This document shows, one piece after another, positions 62,131-64,000 of a stretch of DNA of 64,000 nt; positions within the stretch are counted from its first letter, which is position 1, and the number at the start of each line of letters is the position of its first letter. The notes under the pieces were generated by a model. That model ran no database searches and was not told the origin of the DNA. It saw only the letters and a program-made list of their open reading frames with translations. A program made the position numbers and the translations under genes. The DNA comes from Lama glama (lineage: Eukaryota): positions 4,588,001 through 4,652,000 of the forward strand of contig CM052829.1 in NCBI GenBank assembly GCA_028534125.1. Direction: 5' to 3'.

Positions 62131-64000
62131 ACCAGGAGACTGGAAGAGTAATTCTATAATGTTATCTACGTGATGGTATTGTTTTGTTCCAGGTTTTAAA
62201 ATATCTGAAATAAGATGGATCAATCTGTTAAATACACTAAGAACTTTAAGGAGCAATTTTGTAACAAGGATGTTAGAATCCCCTGATTCCTAATTCTGGG
62301 CTTTGTCTGATAGACCACAGTTTTCCATCATATGCAAAGAAGAAATGCATGCGTAAGAGTTTGGTGGGGACAGACGGCAGTGACATCAGACTGGAACAGA
62401 ATGCTCGTTGGGAAGCTGGTGATCTGGGACCTAGTTCAGTCCAGCCAGCACTCATTGTGTGGCCTTGGGCCAGCTGCAACCTCCCTGAAGCCTGTACATG
62501 AGATGGAGAGAGGGGCAAGAAAATCCCTTAGGTCATTTAGAGTTGTAAAATCCTGAAATTCGAATGGACTGCAGCCATTAAAAAAATCAAACTGAATCTG
62601 TTTATTAAACTATAAATGTATTTGCATAAGGAAAATTCCAACACTAATTTATCCATAACACTGTGTGACACCCTAATGTGAAATATTACATGAAAATAAT
62701 ATAATACATAATCTCAATCAAAATGCACATCTATTTCTTTGCTCAGTTTATTTTACCATCAGTTTCCAATATTTTTGGATATGTAATTGCTGGTTGTGAA
62801 TTAGAAAAGCCAATCCTTTCATCACAGTTTCCATATCTTCAAATTAAGTTCTTGGAAATCATCAGTTTTGTGTACATGACTGGAGAATTCAGTCACCAAA
62901 ATACGCATCCATCACCAAAAACAATCATCAAACACTGTTCACTGTTCTTCAAGGTTTTGACTGTTTCTTTAAGTTAGTATCACACACGTTCATGAACTGG
63001 GTATAAATAACAAATATCTTTCAAATTAATCTAAAATGTGACTTGATTTTCTTTTATAATAATAACACTCAACATGTTTTTTGAGTCATACATACACAAA
63101 AGGCACCTACTGCCAAGAATTAGTAGTGAAAACCATCCCATAATGCATTTCATTTCGGCACGGTAAGAGCTTCTTTTGTTTTATAATAATCAGCAAAATG
63201 GACACATTTACCCCAATTTGTACAAGTGTCAGGCCATTGTAGAAACGGTGATTGAAGACCAGCATTGCAGAAGGGCTGGAGAGGAAGCAACCTGGTGCTG
63301 AGTTTGCAGAAAGAAATTGCTGCTTCCAATTGCTTCTGATGACAAAAAGAAAGAGCTGGACGGTCTGAATCTTCTCATAGCAAATTTCAAAACCATGAAG
63401 ATGAATTTCCTTTTATAAAAAGGTAAGAGGAACATTTTTGTAGCTAGTAAATGAGAGACGCAGGAAGTAGCATTTGAGCTGAGATTTCTTAACCAAGGAC
63501 TCTGCTTAGCTTCTAACTTTTTGGCTCTAAGGGACCGGTTTGACCTGATAATTTCTTGAGGGAGGCAGTGATATTTCTTTTAAGTGGTGTGATCCTGTGT
63601 GTATATTAACATCAGGATGTGTATCACCTCCTAGGCTTTGATTTCAGATTAGTGCTACTATGGAAGAATTTTTCCCAATGGTTCCTTTGCTTTAAATGTC
63701 CTGATTTTATTCAAAAGCTTTATTTAGTGAGGAAAAGAAAATTGTAATGTTTTTCTTCAAGTGATTCAAATAAGAATTCTTTTCAAGAAAAAAAAATCTT
63801 GCCAGAATATTCAAATTAATGCTTTTATTGCTAACAATTTAATCTACAATATTTTAAAAACATTCTCGAAAAACTTGATCTGCTTTTTGTGGACAAGATA
63901 AGCATCTGATTTTATCTTGAATATTTTAGACATTTATTTTAATAAGAAAGGAAAGAATGCCATCAATATATTGGTTAAAGTTCAGTGGATTTGGAATGAA

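Larger units (their letters stand above)
35562..64000 (-). other. PACRG: Last intron of PACRG (continues beyond window)
   Basis: Lies 5' of the terminal exon acceptor. No further PACRG-like coding sequence seen in the window; PACRG is known to have very large introns. Confidence 0.85.

Noticed and set aside
63232-63428. Possible + strand exon ending in a strong donor AAG|GTAAGA
   Set aside because: No pyrimidine tract at the putative acceptor and in-frame stops in the frames I read; nothing supports it without RNA data.
1-64000. QKI or PRKN exons; CRISPR arrays, operons, defence or other prokaryotic systems
   Set aside because: No KH/STAR-domain or parkin-like peptide seen. The sequence is mammalian with typical eutherian repeats and has no regularly spaced repeat-spacer array.

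Overview
Mammalian genomic DNA, very probably camelid: a tRNA-derived SINE of the camelid type lies at ~23.7 kb, alongside laurasiatherian-type L1 3' ends. It is not prokaryotic, so the ORF track is almost entirely spurious. The only supportable coding sequence is the terminal exon of PACRG (parkin co-regulated gene) on the minus strand (35401-35561), followed by two tandem AATAAA signals. Everything to the right (35562-64000) is the last PACRG intron. Everything to the left is downstream intergenic DNA which, by mammalian synteny (PRKN-PACRG-QKI), should lead towards QKI outside the window. The rest consists of interspersed repeats (MLT1 LTRs, L1, L2, MIR, SINE, one hAT-type relic), microsatellites, a 165-N assembly gap, two CpG-rich islands and several AT-rich, motif-dense non-repetitive blocks that look like enhancers. 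I found no evidence of a novel multi-gene system. The best leads are three adjacent amino-acid changes in the normally conserved PACRG C-terminus, the 3'-end/termination architecture of PACRG, and candidate long-range enhancers and CpG islands in the PACRG-QKI interval. Repeat boundaries and family names were called by eye and are approximate.
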